This document shows, piece after piece, positions 1-9,041 of a stretch of DNA of 64,000 nt. The notes under the pieces are model-generated. The model saw only the letters and a list, made by a program, of their open reading frames with translations. It had not been told where the DNA came from and did no database searches. Position 1 is the first letter of the stretch; each line of letters starts with the position of its first letter. Source of the stretch: an uncultured Acidobacteriota bacterium (lineage in GTDB: Bacteria; Acidobacteriota; Vicinamibacteria; Vicinamibacterales; UBA2999); NCBI GenBank assembly GCA_963772955.1, contig CAVYZF010000001.1:147860-211859 (forward strand), in the 5' to 3' direction. Both the position numbers and the translations under genes were made by a program.

Positions 1-2641
1 GCTTCCGCCGGCAGAGGCGTTCGTGGATTGGGACGCGCTCTCGGCGCGCACGTCAGCGGCGCCTCGTCTCGAGGAGTTGGCGGTTGATGAAGACGGTGTT
101 CACCAGGTCGCCTGCCAGCCCGCAATGGAGTTCCGTAGCCGAATAGCCGACTGGGTCGCCGATATCCGGCGAGGGCGCGAACGCGGCGCCGCCGTAATCG
201 TTGTCGTGGGCAGCGTCGGCCGCGCGGAGAGGACAGTCGAGATCCTGCGCGACTACGACATCATCGCGATTCCGGTCGAACGCTCGGAGGATGCGCACTC
301 TGCGTCCGTCCTCGTCGCGCGTGGAAGTCTGTCAAAGGGGTTCTTCCTCGAAGCAGCGGGGCTTCAGGTCTACGCCGAGACCGATGTCTTCGAAGAAGAG
401 CGCCGTGGTCCCGAGCAGCGCAGGAATCTCGCGCGGACGTTTCTCTCAGATCTGCGCGATTTGAAAGTCGGTGATCTGGTCGTTCACGTCGATCACGGCA
501 TCGGTGAATTCGTTGGTCTGAAACAACTGGCAACAGGTACTCGGACTGCCAACGCGTCGGGTGCCGACATTCAGGAGTTCCTCGAGCTTCGCTATCACGG
601 AGACGACAAGCTGTTCGTCCCCGTCGAGCGCCTCGATCTCATTCAAAAGTTCACGGGCGGCTCGCGACCAGCGCTCGATCGCTTGGGCGGCACGTCCTGG
701 GACAAGGCGAAGACGCGCGTCAAGAAGGCGATGCGCGACATGGCCGAGGAGCTGCTCAAGCTGTACGCTCAGCGAAAGGCAGTGCCCGGACATGCCTTCC
801 CGCCGGATACGCACTGGCAAGATGAATTCGAAGGAGCATTCCCCTACGAGCCGACCCCGGATCAGGCTGCGGCCATCGCGGATGTGAAGCGAGACATGCA
901 GGTGGCCACGCCGATGGATCGCCTGCTGTGCGGTGACGTCGGGTACGGGAAGACCGAAGTTGCGATGCGAGCAGCCTTCAAGGCCGTTCTTGATGGAAAG
1001 CAGGTCGCGGTTCTCGCTCCAACGACCGTCCTGGCGTTCCAGCACCTGAAGACACTCCGCGATCGGTTTGCCGGCTTTCCTGTCGTGATCGACATGGTCA
1101 GCCGCTTCCGGACCAAGCAGGAGACAAAGGAAGTCCTGGAGCGTCTCGCAGCCGGACGAGTCGACATCATCGTCGGGACCCATCGCCTCCTCTCGAAAGA
1201 CGTTCAGTTCAAAGACCTGGGTCTACTCGTGGTCGACGAAGAGCAACGTTTCGGTGTCGTCCACAAGGAGCGCATCAAGCAACTGCGCAAGCGCGTTGAC
1301 GTGCTGACGATGACGGCGACACCGATTCCGAGGACGCTGAACATGTCGCTCGTGGGCATTCGCGACATGTCGGTCATCGAGACGCCGCCGAAGGATCGGT
1401 TGTCGATTCAGACGAACGTCGTCAAGTTCGACGCGCCCGTGATCGAACGCGCGATTCGCAGCGAGCTCGCACGCGGAGGCCAGATCTACTTCGTCCACAA
1501 CCGGGTCGAATCAATCTTTTCGATCGCGAGCCTGCTTCAGCGTCTTGTCCCCGAGGCGAAGATGGTGGTCGGTCATGGCCAGATGGGTGAGGAAGAACTC
1601 GAGCGGGCGATGCTGGGATTCGTCGAAGGAAAGTTCGACATCCTCCTCGCAACGACGATCGTGGAGAACGGTCTCGATATCCCGAACGCGAACACAATCA
1701 TCATCAACCGCGCGGATCGCTACGGCCTTGCGCAGTTGTATCAATTGCGAGGTCGAGTTGGTCGATCGGATCGCGCCGTGTACGCGTATCTCCTGATTCC
1801 ACCGGAGGAGTCGCTGTCGCCCGTCGCGCGTAAGCGCCTGGCGGCGATCAAGGAGTTCAGCGATCTCGGAAGCGGCTTCCGCGTCGCGGCCCTCGATCTG
1901 GAGATTCGCGGCGCAGGAAACCTGCTCGGCGGCGAGCAGAGCGGTCACATCGACACCGTCGGCTTCGAGATGTACACGAAGCTGCTCGAAGAGACGATCC
2001 GCGAACTCCGTGGCGAGGAACTGGAAGAGGACACGCGAGCGACGGTCAATCTCCGCATCGATCTCAAGATCGACCCTGGCTACATCCAGGACATGAACCA
2101 GCGGCTGATGGTGTATCGCAAGGTGGCTTCTTCGAGAACCGAGCAGGAGCTGACCACCGTTCTGGAGGAACTGCGTGACCGGTATGGTCAACCGCCGGAG
2201 TCAGTGCTCAATTTGGCAGAGTTTGGCCGGCTCCGAATCAAGGCCGACCGCCTCGATGTAGATACTGTCGACCGGGAAGGGCGTTTGGTCGTCATTAGGT
2301 TCAGGCCCAATGCGCGACTCGATGGTGCTCGCCTCGTGAAAGTCATCAGCGGTTGGCCCGGGGCCGTGCTCGTGCCCCCCGTATCGATCAAGCTCGATCT
2401 GGAGGCGCCTCTCGCGCCCAAACCAGTGGCCGCCCCCAAGGCGCCGCCGGGCAAGGGCGCTCACGGGCGGGGCAGGACCGAGCCCCAGGTCAGCTGGTGG
2501 ACGGCGCGAGCAACTGCGGGGGAGGTCAAGCCCGGGTTTTCGAAGGACGAGGTTCTGCGAAAGCCGGATCTCGATTCCCGAGCCGAGGGAGGCATATTCT
2601 CCCGGCTCATAGGGCTGTTCGAGGCGCTCTCGGTCCAGTGA
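1..2641 (+). CDS. mfd: Transcription-repair coupling factor Mfd, 5'-truncated by the window edge
   Basis: The ORF is open from the window edge (frame 2, no upstream stop), so the track start GTG 23 is not the real start. Stop is at 2639-2641. The translation has the CarD/TRCF RNAP-interaction segment [14 protein letters not shown]. It has SF2 helicase motifs [10 protein letters not shown] (Walker A), [17 protein letters not shown] and QLRGRVGR, plus a TRCF C-terminal region. Mfd proteins are normally over 1100 aa and only 872 aa are present. Confidence 0.9.
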   Translation, partial: LPPAEAFVDWDALSARTSAAPRLEELAVDEDGVHQVACQPAMEFRSRIADWVADIRRGRERGAAVIVVVGSVGRAERTVEILRDYDIIAIPVERSEDAHSASVLVARGSLSKGFFLEAAGLQVYAETDVFEEERRGPEQRRNLARTFLSDLRDLKVGDLVVHVDHGIGEFVGLKQLATGTRTANASGADIQEFLELRYHGDDKLFVPVERLDLIQKFTGGSRPALDRLGGTSWDKAKTRVKKAMRDMAEELLKLYAQRKAVPGHAFPPDTHWQDEFEGAFPYEPTPDQAAAIADVKRDMQVATPMDRLLCGDVGYGKTEVAMRAAFKAVLDGKQVAVLAPTTVLAFQHLKTLRDRFAGFPVVIDMVSRFRTKQETKEVLERLAAGRVDIIVGTHRLLSKDVQFKDLGLLVVDEEQRFGVVHKERIKQLRKRVDVLTMTATPIPRTLNMSLVGIRDMSVIETPPKDRLSIQTNVVKFDAPVIERAIRSELARGGQIYFVHNRVESIFSIASLLQRLVPEAKMVVGHGQMGEEELERAMLGFVEGKFDILLATTIVENGLDIPNANTIIINRADRYGLAQLYQLRGRVGRSDRAVYAYLLIPPEESLSPVARKRLAAIKEFSDLGSGFRVAALDLEIRGAGNLLGGEQSGHIDTVGFEMYTKLLEETIRELRGEELEEDTRATVNLRIDLKIDPGYIQDMNQRLMVYRKVASSRTEQELTTVLEELRDRYGQPPESVLNLAEFGRLRIKADRLDVDTVDREGRLVVIRFRPNARLDGARLVKVISGWPGAVLVPPVSIKLDLEAPLAPKPVAAPKAPPGKGAHGRGRTEPQVSWWTARATAGEVKPGFSKDEVLRKPDLDSRAEGGIFSRLIGLFEALSVQ

Positions 2642-2690
2642 CCTGTGCGTCAGAGATGTCGTGTAAAATGCTGATGTTCAAGGAATTGTC

Positions 2691-3776
2691 ATGCTGAAGC
2701 GACTAACTGCGGCCACACTTCTCCTGGGTGCAGTCACTTTCTCGCCACGGATCCACGCCGAGATCCTCGAGCAGGTGCTGGTCAAGGTAAACGGCGAAAT
2801 CATCACCAAAACTGAGTTCGAGGGCCGTCAGGTCGCCGAACTTCGAAATCGTCCAGAGTTGGCGAACGCCTCTCCGTCCAGCTCGGACCTACAGAAGGCC
2901 GTCGCGGAGATCACGCCTGATCTGATCCTGTCCGCCGTCGACGAACTGCTCCTCGTTCAGCGCGGCCGCGAATCAGGCTTCGCGCTCGGCGACGCGCAGT
3001 TCGCTCAGATTCTCGACAACATCAAGACGTCCAACAACCTGCAAGACGACGCAAAGTTTCAGGAAGCCCTCAAGCAGGAAGGGCTGACGATGGCTGATCT
3101 GCGCCGCAATCTCGAGCGGCAGATGCTCGTCTCGCAGGTACAACGTGCCGAGATTCTCGACAAAATCAGCATCACGGACGAGGAAGCCAGGGGCTACTAC
3201 GACGCGCATCGGGAGGAATTCACGGCGCCGGCGGAGGTTACGCTACGAGAGATCCTCCTCGAGGTGAAGGCGTCGGACCGCGGCGTCAACGTTGCCGAAG
3301 ACGATGCCGTTCGCGAGCAGGCTGTGGATCTTCGAAAGCGTCTTCTGGGTGGAGAACCATTTCCTCGTCTGGCCGGCGAATTCTCTGTCGCGGCGTCGAA
3401 AGCCAACGGTGGCCTGATCGGTCCGCTGAAGAGTGAGGAGCTGGCTCCGACGCTCAGAGATCTCCTTGCGAAGATGCAGGTCGGCGATATCACCGAGCCG
3501 ATTCGAACTCAGCGCGGATACCAGCTTCTCAAGCTGGAGTCTCGAAGCGAGGCCAAGCTCCGCTCGTTCGAGGAAGCGCGCGGAGACATTGGGAACAAAA
3601 TCGGCGAGCAGAAGCTGCGTGGTGAACGCGAGAAGTACCTGGATCGTCTGCGGGCGCAGGCGACGATCACGTGGCGCAACCCCGAGCTCGAGAAGGCGTA
3701 CAACACGGCGCTGACCAAACGCCGGGAGGCTAGCAACAAGCAAGGCTCTTTGTCCCAGGCAGAGACCACTCGATGA
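2691..3776 (+). CDS. SurA-like periplasmic peptidyl-prolyl isomerase/chaperone (SurA_N + parvulin-type PPIC domain)
   Basis: The N-terminus looks like a signal peptide (LLLGAVTFSPRIHA). A SurA_N-like region follows, then a parvulin rotamase-like segment (FSVAASKANGGLIGPL...GDITEPIRTQRGYQLLKLE). Confidence 0.75.
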   Translation: MLKRLTAATLLLGAVTFSPRIHAEILEQVLVKVNGEIITKTEFEGRQVAELRNRPELANASPSSSDLQKAVAEITPDLILSAVDELLLVQRGRESGFALGDAQFAQILDNIKTSNNLQDDAKFQEALKQEGLTMADLRRNLERQMLVSQVQRAEILDKISITDEEARGYYDAHREEFTAPAEVTLREILLEVKASDRGVNVAEDDAVREQAVDLRKRLLGGEPFPRLAGEFSVAASKANGGLIGPLKSEELAPTLRDLLAKMQVGDITEPIRTQRGYQLLKLESRSEAKLRSFEEARGDIGNKIGEQKLRGEREKYLDRLRAQATITWRNPELEKAYNTALTKRREASNKQGSLSQAETTR

Positions 3777-4315
3777 ACAAGGACAATCCGATTGAAGTAC
3801 CGGAGATCTTGCCGACGCGTGACCCCGATGAGAATTGGTTTGCGTTGTGGACCAGGTCCAGACACGAACAGGTTGTCCGTGAACAACTCGAGCAGAAGCG
3901 GATCGAGACCTTCCTCCCGACCGTGACTCGGTGGAGCCGCTGGAAGGACCGCAAGAAGAAGATCGATTGGCCGTTGTTTCCGGGCTACTGTTTTGCGCGA
4001 TTCGATCCGCGTGAGCGGTTGCCTGTTCTCAAATGCACCGGCGTCGTCAGCATCATCTCGTTTGAAGGCGAGCCAGCGCCGATTCCCGAGCCCGAGATCG
4101 ACGGCATTCGTCGTCTCGTTGAGAGTGATCTCGCATTCGATCCGTGCCCGATGATTCGGGAGGGCATGATGGTCGAAGTGGTTCACGGCCCCTTGACCAG
4201 TGTCATCGGACGGCTGGTCCGGAAGAATGACAAAGCGCGGCTCGTGCTCTCTGTGGATCTGATCGGACAGGCAGTCAGCGTCGAGGTCGACGCGGCAGAC
4301 GTTCGTCCCTACTGA
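3773..4315 (+). CDS. NusG-family paralog (NGN + KOW; RfaH/UpxY-like specialised elongation factor)
   Basis: NGN-like signature WFALWTRSRHEQVV...FLP...IDWPLFPGYCFARF, followed by a KOW-like segment GMMVEVVHGPLTSVIGRLV. The ATG overlaps the upstream stop (ATGA 3773-3776). The gene is not in a secE-nusG-rplK context. Confidence 0.7.
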   Translation: MNKDNPIEVPEILPTRDPDENWFALWTRSRHEQVVREQLEQKRIETFLPTVTRWSRWKDRKKKIDWPLFPGYCFARFDPRERLPVLKCTGVVSIISFEGEPAPIPEPEIDGIRRLVESDLAFDPCPMIREGMMVEVVHGPLTSVIGRLVRKNDKARLVLSVDLIGQAVSVEVDAADVRPY

Positions 4316-4321
4316 ACACTC

Positions 4322-5361
4322 ATGAAAGTCGGTTCGATCGAACTGCCTTCGCCGTTCGTGGTGGCGCCTATGGCCGGCATGACGGACACGGCTTTCCGTC
4401 GGCTGGTCAAGCGACATGGCGGCTGCGGCCTTGTCGTGACGGAGATGGTGTCGTCGGAAGGGCTCGTACGCGGCATCGATCGAACACTCGAGTACGCCGA
4501 TACACCGAGGAAGAGCGCCCCGTTTCCATTCAGATCTTCGGTGGCGATCCAGGCAGGATGGCTGACGCTGCTCGAGTCGTGCAGGATATGGGTGCAGACA
4601 TCGTCGACATCAACATGGGTTGCCCCGTGCCGAAGATTGCCAAACACAACGCCGGCTGCAGCCTGATGCGTGAGCCCAATCATGCGGCTCGTGTGGTGGA
4701 AGCGATGGTCGAGGCCGTCACGATTCCGGTGACGGTGAAGATGCGCGCGGGGTGGACGGACAAGGATCGCAACGCGCCCGTGCTGGCAAGAAAGGTTCAG
4801 GATGCCGGCGCGTCAGCAATCACGATCCACGGTCGGACAGCGGAGCAGTCATACACTGGTCTGGCGGACTGGGATCTGGTTCGAGAGGTTGCCAGTGACC
4901 TGCAGATTCCCGTCTTTGGAAGCGGCGATTGTATCGAGCCCGAGCAGGTTGTTGAGCGAATGAAATCCGGCGTTGAAGGAGTGCTCGTCGGTCGCGGCGT
5001 TCTTCGCAATCCGTGGATTCTTGCTCAGGCCGCTGATCTCGTCGCTGGGCGAACCCCCCGGACGGTGACGATGCAGGAGCGAGGTCAGTTCCTGCTCGAC
5101 TACATCGATCTTCTTGTCGATCAGCGGGAACACGAGCAACAAGGCTTTCGTCATGTTGCGCCTGGCATGTCTCAGGCGGTTGTGCCCGCCTCAGGTCACC
5201 AGCGCTGGGTCATCAATAAGCTGCGAGCGCTCTGCGCGTGGTACTCGAAGGGCCTGGACTCGGGCTCGCATCTTCGTATCGCCGTCAACAGCGCGGAGAG
5301 CATCTCGCAGCTCCGTCACCTGATTGAAGACTTCTTCATGACCGCTCCGGCAACGGTCTAG
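4322..5361 (+). pseudogene. dusB: tRNA-dihydrouridine synthase (DusB-like), interrupted by an apparent 1-nt frameshift near 4490-4505
   Basis: Track ORFs 4322-4666 (frame 2) and 4558-5361 (frame 1) together form one Dus protein. The N-part reads VVAPMAGMTDTAFRRLVKRHGGCGLVVTEMVSSEGL. Frame 1 read upstream of the Met at 4558 gives YTEEERPVSIQIFGGDPGRMADAARVV...DINMGCPVPKI. The frame switch implies one missing base. Confidence 0.75.
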
Positions 5362-5367
5362 CGACCG

Positions 5368-5955
5368 ATGCAATCCGACGTTTCACGTCTTTTGCGCGAG
5401 ACTGCGGATGCGCTTCGAGTGATCAGCGAGAGCGACTACGCCGCGGCGGTAGAACGAGCGCTCAATCTCCTCGAGGAGGCCTTTCGCGCGGGACGGAGCC
5501 TCCTCGCCTTCGGGAACGGCGGCTCGTCGGCAGATGCACAGCATCTGTGTGCGGAGCTCGTCGGCCGCTTTCTCCTCGAGCGTCGAGCACTCCCAGCGGT
5601 GGCGCTGACAACGAATCAGGCGCTGCTCACCGCGTGGAGCAACGACTATCAGTTCGAAGATATCTTCGCGCGACAGATCGAGGGACTCGGCCGAACAGGT
5701 GACGTGGCGTGGGGGATCTCGACGAGCGGCAATTCCGCGAACGTCGTCAAAGGTCTTCGACGCGCACGAGAACTTGGGCTGCGAACGATCGGTCTGACCG
5801 GGTCAGGGGGCGGTCGCATGGCGGAGCACTGCGACGTCCTGATGGCTGTGCCGCTGACACAAACGCCCAGGATCCAGGAAGTGCACCTGGTGACGTTTCA
5901 CGCGATCTGTGGTGCGCTCGAGCAGCGGCTGTTTGGTGCGAGCTCAGTAGCGTGA
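5368..5955 (+). CDS. gmhA: D-sedoheptulose-7-phosphate isomerase (SIS domain, GmhA/DiaA family)
   Basis: SIS-domain motifs FGNGGSSADAQHLCAELVGRF and GISTSGNSANV. The length and C-terminal QEVHL..H pattern are typical of GmhA. Confidence 0.75.
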   Translation: MQSDVSRLLRETADALRVISESDYAAAVERALNLLEEAFRAGRSLLAFGNGGSSADAQHLCAELVGRFLLERRALPAVALTTNQALLTAWSNDYQFEDIFARQIEGLGRTGDVAWGISTSGNSANVVKGLRRARELGLRTIGLTGSGGGRMAEHCDVLMAVPLTQTPRIQEVHLVTFHAICGALEQRLFGASSVA

Positions 5956-7773
5956 AAACCCGCTGACCATACGATGATCGCCGGGCTGTGTGTCGGTCGG
6001 CCTGACATCGCGTCCACCGGCCAGCGCAAGCTTCCCAGACGAAGTCGTTCGAGCCTGTGAACGAACGAGCGCGACCAGGTGGCTTCGATCGATGGCCTGA
6101 CTCGCGGCTTCGCGAAGCGAGATCTGGCGACGGGTGACTGCGCGAGCGAGCGCTTCGTCCACCGATTTCATCTTTGCGGCGACGTCATTTTGCGTCCGTG
6201 CGAATCCAGTGAAGTCGCCGGACTCGATCATGCCGGACACTGAACCCGAGGCCAGGACGACGTCCTGAATCAGGGTTCGTCCGCCACCGAGGCGACGAAC
6301 ACTGCGATACCCGATCGCTGCACGGAACGAGGCGGCCAGCGCGCGGCGCACGTGCGACTCTGACCCCGCAAGCATACGAAGCGCTTCGACCGTTGTTGGG
6401 CCGACGACTCCCGCGATGACCAGACGACCACCGGCTGCGGCGAGCACCGCCGCCTGCAGCGACTGTTCGGCCTGGAGACCGGTCACGAGCAGAATATCCG
6501 GACTCTCCTGTGCTGCGCGGCGGATGGCTGCGGCGAAGTCCTTGTCCGTACCCGCGATGGTTCGCTGACTGACGAACGCACCGGTGATGTCGCCGTGCGA
6601 CCGGCTGCGTCGCTGCAGCGAAATCAGATAGCCGCCCCGATCCCGCCCACTCCAGTCCGCGACTGCCGCAGCGAGTGCTTCGACGTCCGCTTCGTTCGAC
6701 GCAGCCACGACGACGAGTCCATTCCCCTCGCACGCCGCGCGAACCTGTCTCGGAATGTGCTTGTGCAGGAGTCGCAGCGATGTTGACGGACGCAGATGAA
6801 GGATCAGGCCGCTGCCCTGCTGGTCCGAGAACACACGGCAGCTGATGTAGCCGAGTTCATCGTCCTCACGAACCCACTCGCCATCTGCGCGCGCTTCCCA
6901 AACGCCTTCCCCACCGCGCGTGAATGCCGCCACCGTGTCCTCGATGACCGAAGCCGCGACAGTCTCCTGGCTGATTGGCTGAATTCGTTCGTCGATACGA
7001 GCGGCCGCCGGCGATCCAGCTCTGAGGTAGAGCATCGTGGCACCGAGATCCGCAGCGTGACCAATCCATTCGAACAGGTCGAGTGCCGCGCTAACACTGG
7101 CAACGGGTCGTGGTGTGCGCAACGGTTTTTCTACACGAGTCACGACGGTGACCTCCGGCTGGCGAATGGGTTCCGGCCGAACTTCGCGGGGAGCGTCGAC
7201 AACGACCTCCTGTACTGGAGGAGGCATCGGTGCAGCCTCGGGTTCCGGTATGGATGCTGGCGTCGGCGGTTCGTAGGCAGTAACGATTTCAGGCTGCTCG
7301 ACTGGTGCGGGCTCCGGCTCCGGAATGTACGCCTGCGCAGGCTCTTCCTGAACTGGTTCTTCTCGTGCTGAGTAGTAAGCGGATGGTGCCGAGTAGCTGA
7401 TCTCCGGCTCTGGAGGCGCAGCAACTGGTGTCTCTTCGACAATCGGCGCCGGTGCTTCAACAGGTACCATCGATACGATCAGCTCGATGCAGAAATCATC
7501 ACCGACCCGTTCGGCTCTCGCCGTCAGTGGACGCGGGAAGGAAGTTGACGTGACAGCTTCACTGACGGATCCATTTGCCGCCAACTCGTGTCGGCCTGCG
7601 GACGAAAGAATCTGTTCCGCCAGCGCTTCCACCGCATTGACGGACAGGACCGCGGAGGCTACGTCATGACGGCGCTCGCCTGCTAACACGTGTGGCCGTT
7701 CACCGGCTCTCATGACCAGACGGTCCCCACCGGCACGTTCAAGGGCCGCACATAGCGACGGCATCAAGCTCAT
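5944..7773 (-). CDS. PilT/GspE-like protein with duplicated N-terminal module, Pro/Glu-rich linker and degenerate (Walker-A-less) ATPase core
   Basis: There are two PilT/GspE-N-like modules (GGDRLVMRAGERPHVLAGE... and GATMLYLRAGSPAAARIDE...), separated by a Pro/Glu-rich linker of about 120 aa. The C-terminal half resembles the PilT core by eye (GLVVVAA.., PDILLVTGL.., GRLVIAGVVGPT). No GxxxxGK[ST] occurs anywhere in the 609 aa. The 3' end overlaps the gmhA 3' end by 12 nt (convergent). Confidence 0.45.
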   Translation of the reverse strand: MSLMPSLCAALERAGGDRLVMRAGERPHVLAGERRHDVASAVLSVNAVEALAEQILSSAGRHELAANGSVSEAVTSTSFPRPLTARAERVGDDFCIELIVSMVPVEAPAPIVEETPVAAPPEPEISYSAPSAYYSAREEPVQEEPAQAYIPEPEPAPVEQPEIVTAYEPPTPASIPEPEAAPMPPPVQEVVVDAPREVRPEPIRQPEVTVVTRVEKPLRTPRPVASVSAALDLFEWIGHAADLGATMLYLRAGSPAAARIDERIQPISQETVAASVIEDTVAAFTRGGEGVWEARADGEWVREDDELGYISCRVFSDQQGSGLILHLRPSTSLRLLHKHIPRQVRAACEGNGLVVVAASNEADVEALAAAVADWSGRDRGGYLISLQRRSRSHGDITGAFVSQRTIAGTDKDFAAAIRRAAQESPDILLVTGLQAEQSLQAAVLAAAGGRLVIAGVVGPTTVEALRMLAGSESHVRRALAASFRAAIGYRSVRRLGGGRTLIQDVVLASGSVSGMIESGDFTGFARTQNDVAAKMKSVDEALARAVTRRQISLREAASQAIDRSHLVALVRSQARTTSSGKLALAGGRDVRPTDTQPGDHRMVSGFSRY

Positions 7774-8270
7774 AGGTCTGCGTCCTGCAAGGCTAAGGTG
7801 TCTTCGAATTGCAGTGCCGCGCGAAACACTGGATTCGGCGCGACTGCGTGCATCGACGATCGAATGACCGTGGCACGGAGAACCTTGCGAACGCCACCAT
7901 AACGAAGGAAGACGTCAACGGTTCGGCCGGGACACAATCTTTGATTGGTTTCGGCCAATAAGCCGCTCGCCGATAGATTCACGAGCCGCATCGGGAAGCC
8001 CGCGACGGCCAGTCGCAGTTCAGCCTTGAATTCGTGAGGCTCTCGGCGCTCGGCGCCTCTCCGCTCCTGGCGCTGTGAGGAAGGAGGTGGCGGGGGTGGC
8101 GGAGGCGGCTCCTCCACCGACGGAGGTGGAGCGGGTTCCAGCGCCGCCGCTTTTGGCGGGGCTGCACCCTGCCAGGTCGCCTCCAGACCAGCGATCAGAT
8201 CGTCCAACGAAGCTTCTTCGGGAAGCTTCACGACGATTTCGTCGTCAGGGTCTGGGAGCGAATCGCTCAT
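7770..8270 (-). CDS. PilZ-domain protein with proline-rich N-terminal half
   Basis: c-di-GMP-binding motifs RxxxR (RGAER) and NxSxxG (NLSASG), followed by a PilZ beta-barrel-like sequence. A run of nine consecutive Pro codons lies at 8082-8108. The stop overlaps the start of the downstream PilT-like gene (7770-7773). Confidence 0.7.
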   Translation of the reverse strand: MSDSLPDPDDEIVVKLPEEASLDDLIAGLEATWQGAAPPKAAALEPAPPPSVEEPPPPPPPPPSSQRQERRGAERREPHEFKAELRLAVAGFPMRLVNLSASGLLAETNQRLCPGRTVDVFLRYGGVRKVLRATVIRSSMHAVAPNPVFRAALQFEDTLALQDADL

Positions 8271-8544
8271 AAGTGTGTAAAAGTAGCAACCTGTTTGCCG
8301 GTTGAGCCTTAATTCGGCGTAGCAGCGTTTAGATGATAGATTGCACTAAAATTCGTAGACGTTCCGCAATCCTCAATCGAGCGTTCTTAAAGTGGCACCG
8401 CAGGGGACCAGGGAAACCGTGCAGTTGCAGAAAATCTGAAGTCACAGGCGACTTCAGTGTGATCTCCTCAACCTAATCGGCCTATTATCGGCCAGCAAGT
8501 AGTCCTCGGCGCCACTTCCCTGCGGCCGAGGTCGAGAGGCGCTC

Positions 8545-8907
8545 ATGGCGAAGATTCTGATCGTCGAGGACGACGACGCGACCAGGACCGGATATCGAGA
8601 GTTCCTGAAGCTTGCCGGTCACGACGTGATCGCAACCAGCACATATCAGGAGGGTCGCCAGGCGGCGGCCACGGAGAGCCCGGATCTGGTTATCGCCGAT
8701 CTACGCCTTGGTGGCTTCAATGGGTTACAGCTGCTACTCCTGAGTCCCGAGCCAATACCAACCATTATTGTGACAGGCTTCCACGACGAAGTGCTCGAGG
8801 CCGAGGCCCGCCGAGCCGGTGCGGACTACGTCGTCAAACCGATCTCGCCTTCCGGCCTCGTGACTCTCGTCAAGGAGAGGCTCGAGCGCAAGTCTGGGCC
8901 GCACTAA
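8545..8907 (+). CDS. Single-domain response regulator (CheY-like receiver)
   Basis: KILIVEDDD..., phospho-acceptor context DLVIADLRLGG, and conserved T/K positions (IIVTG..., VVKP). 120 aa with no output domain. Confidence 0.85.
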   Translation: MAKILIVEDDDATRTGYREFLKLAGHDVIATSTYQEGRQAAATESPDLVIADLRLGGFNGLQLLLLSPEPIPTIIVTGFHDEVLEAEARRAGADYVVKPISPSGLVTLVKERLERKSGPH

Positions 8908-9041
8908 GTCGCGCAAAATCGTGCGGGGCATCGATTACCCGATCAGCGTTTGCGTCAGAGGTACGGCTGAGCTACTCTGACCGCGGCGCCCGCGGTGTTG
9001 TCTCCACGAGAGGCGTCTTTCGTCGGAGCGATCGGGGCCTA

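Noticed and set aside
8393-8408. TGGCAC hexamer upstream of the CheY operon
   Set aside because: No GC dinucleotide lies at the required -12 position (it reads GA), so this is not a credible sigma-54 promoter.
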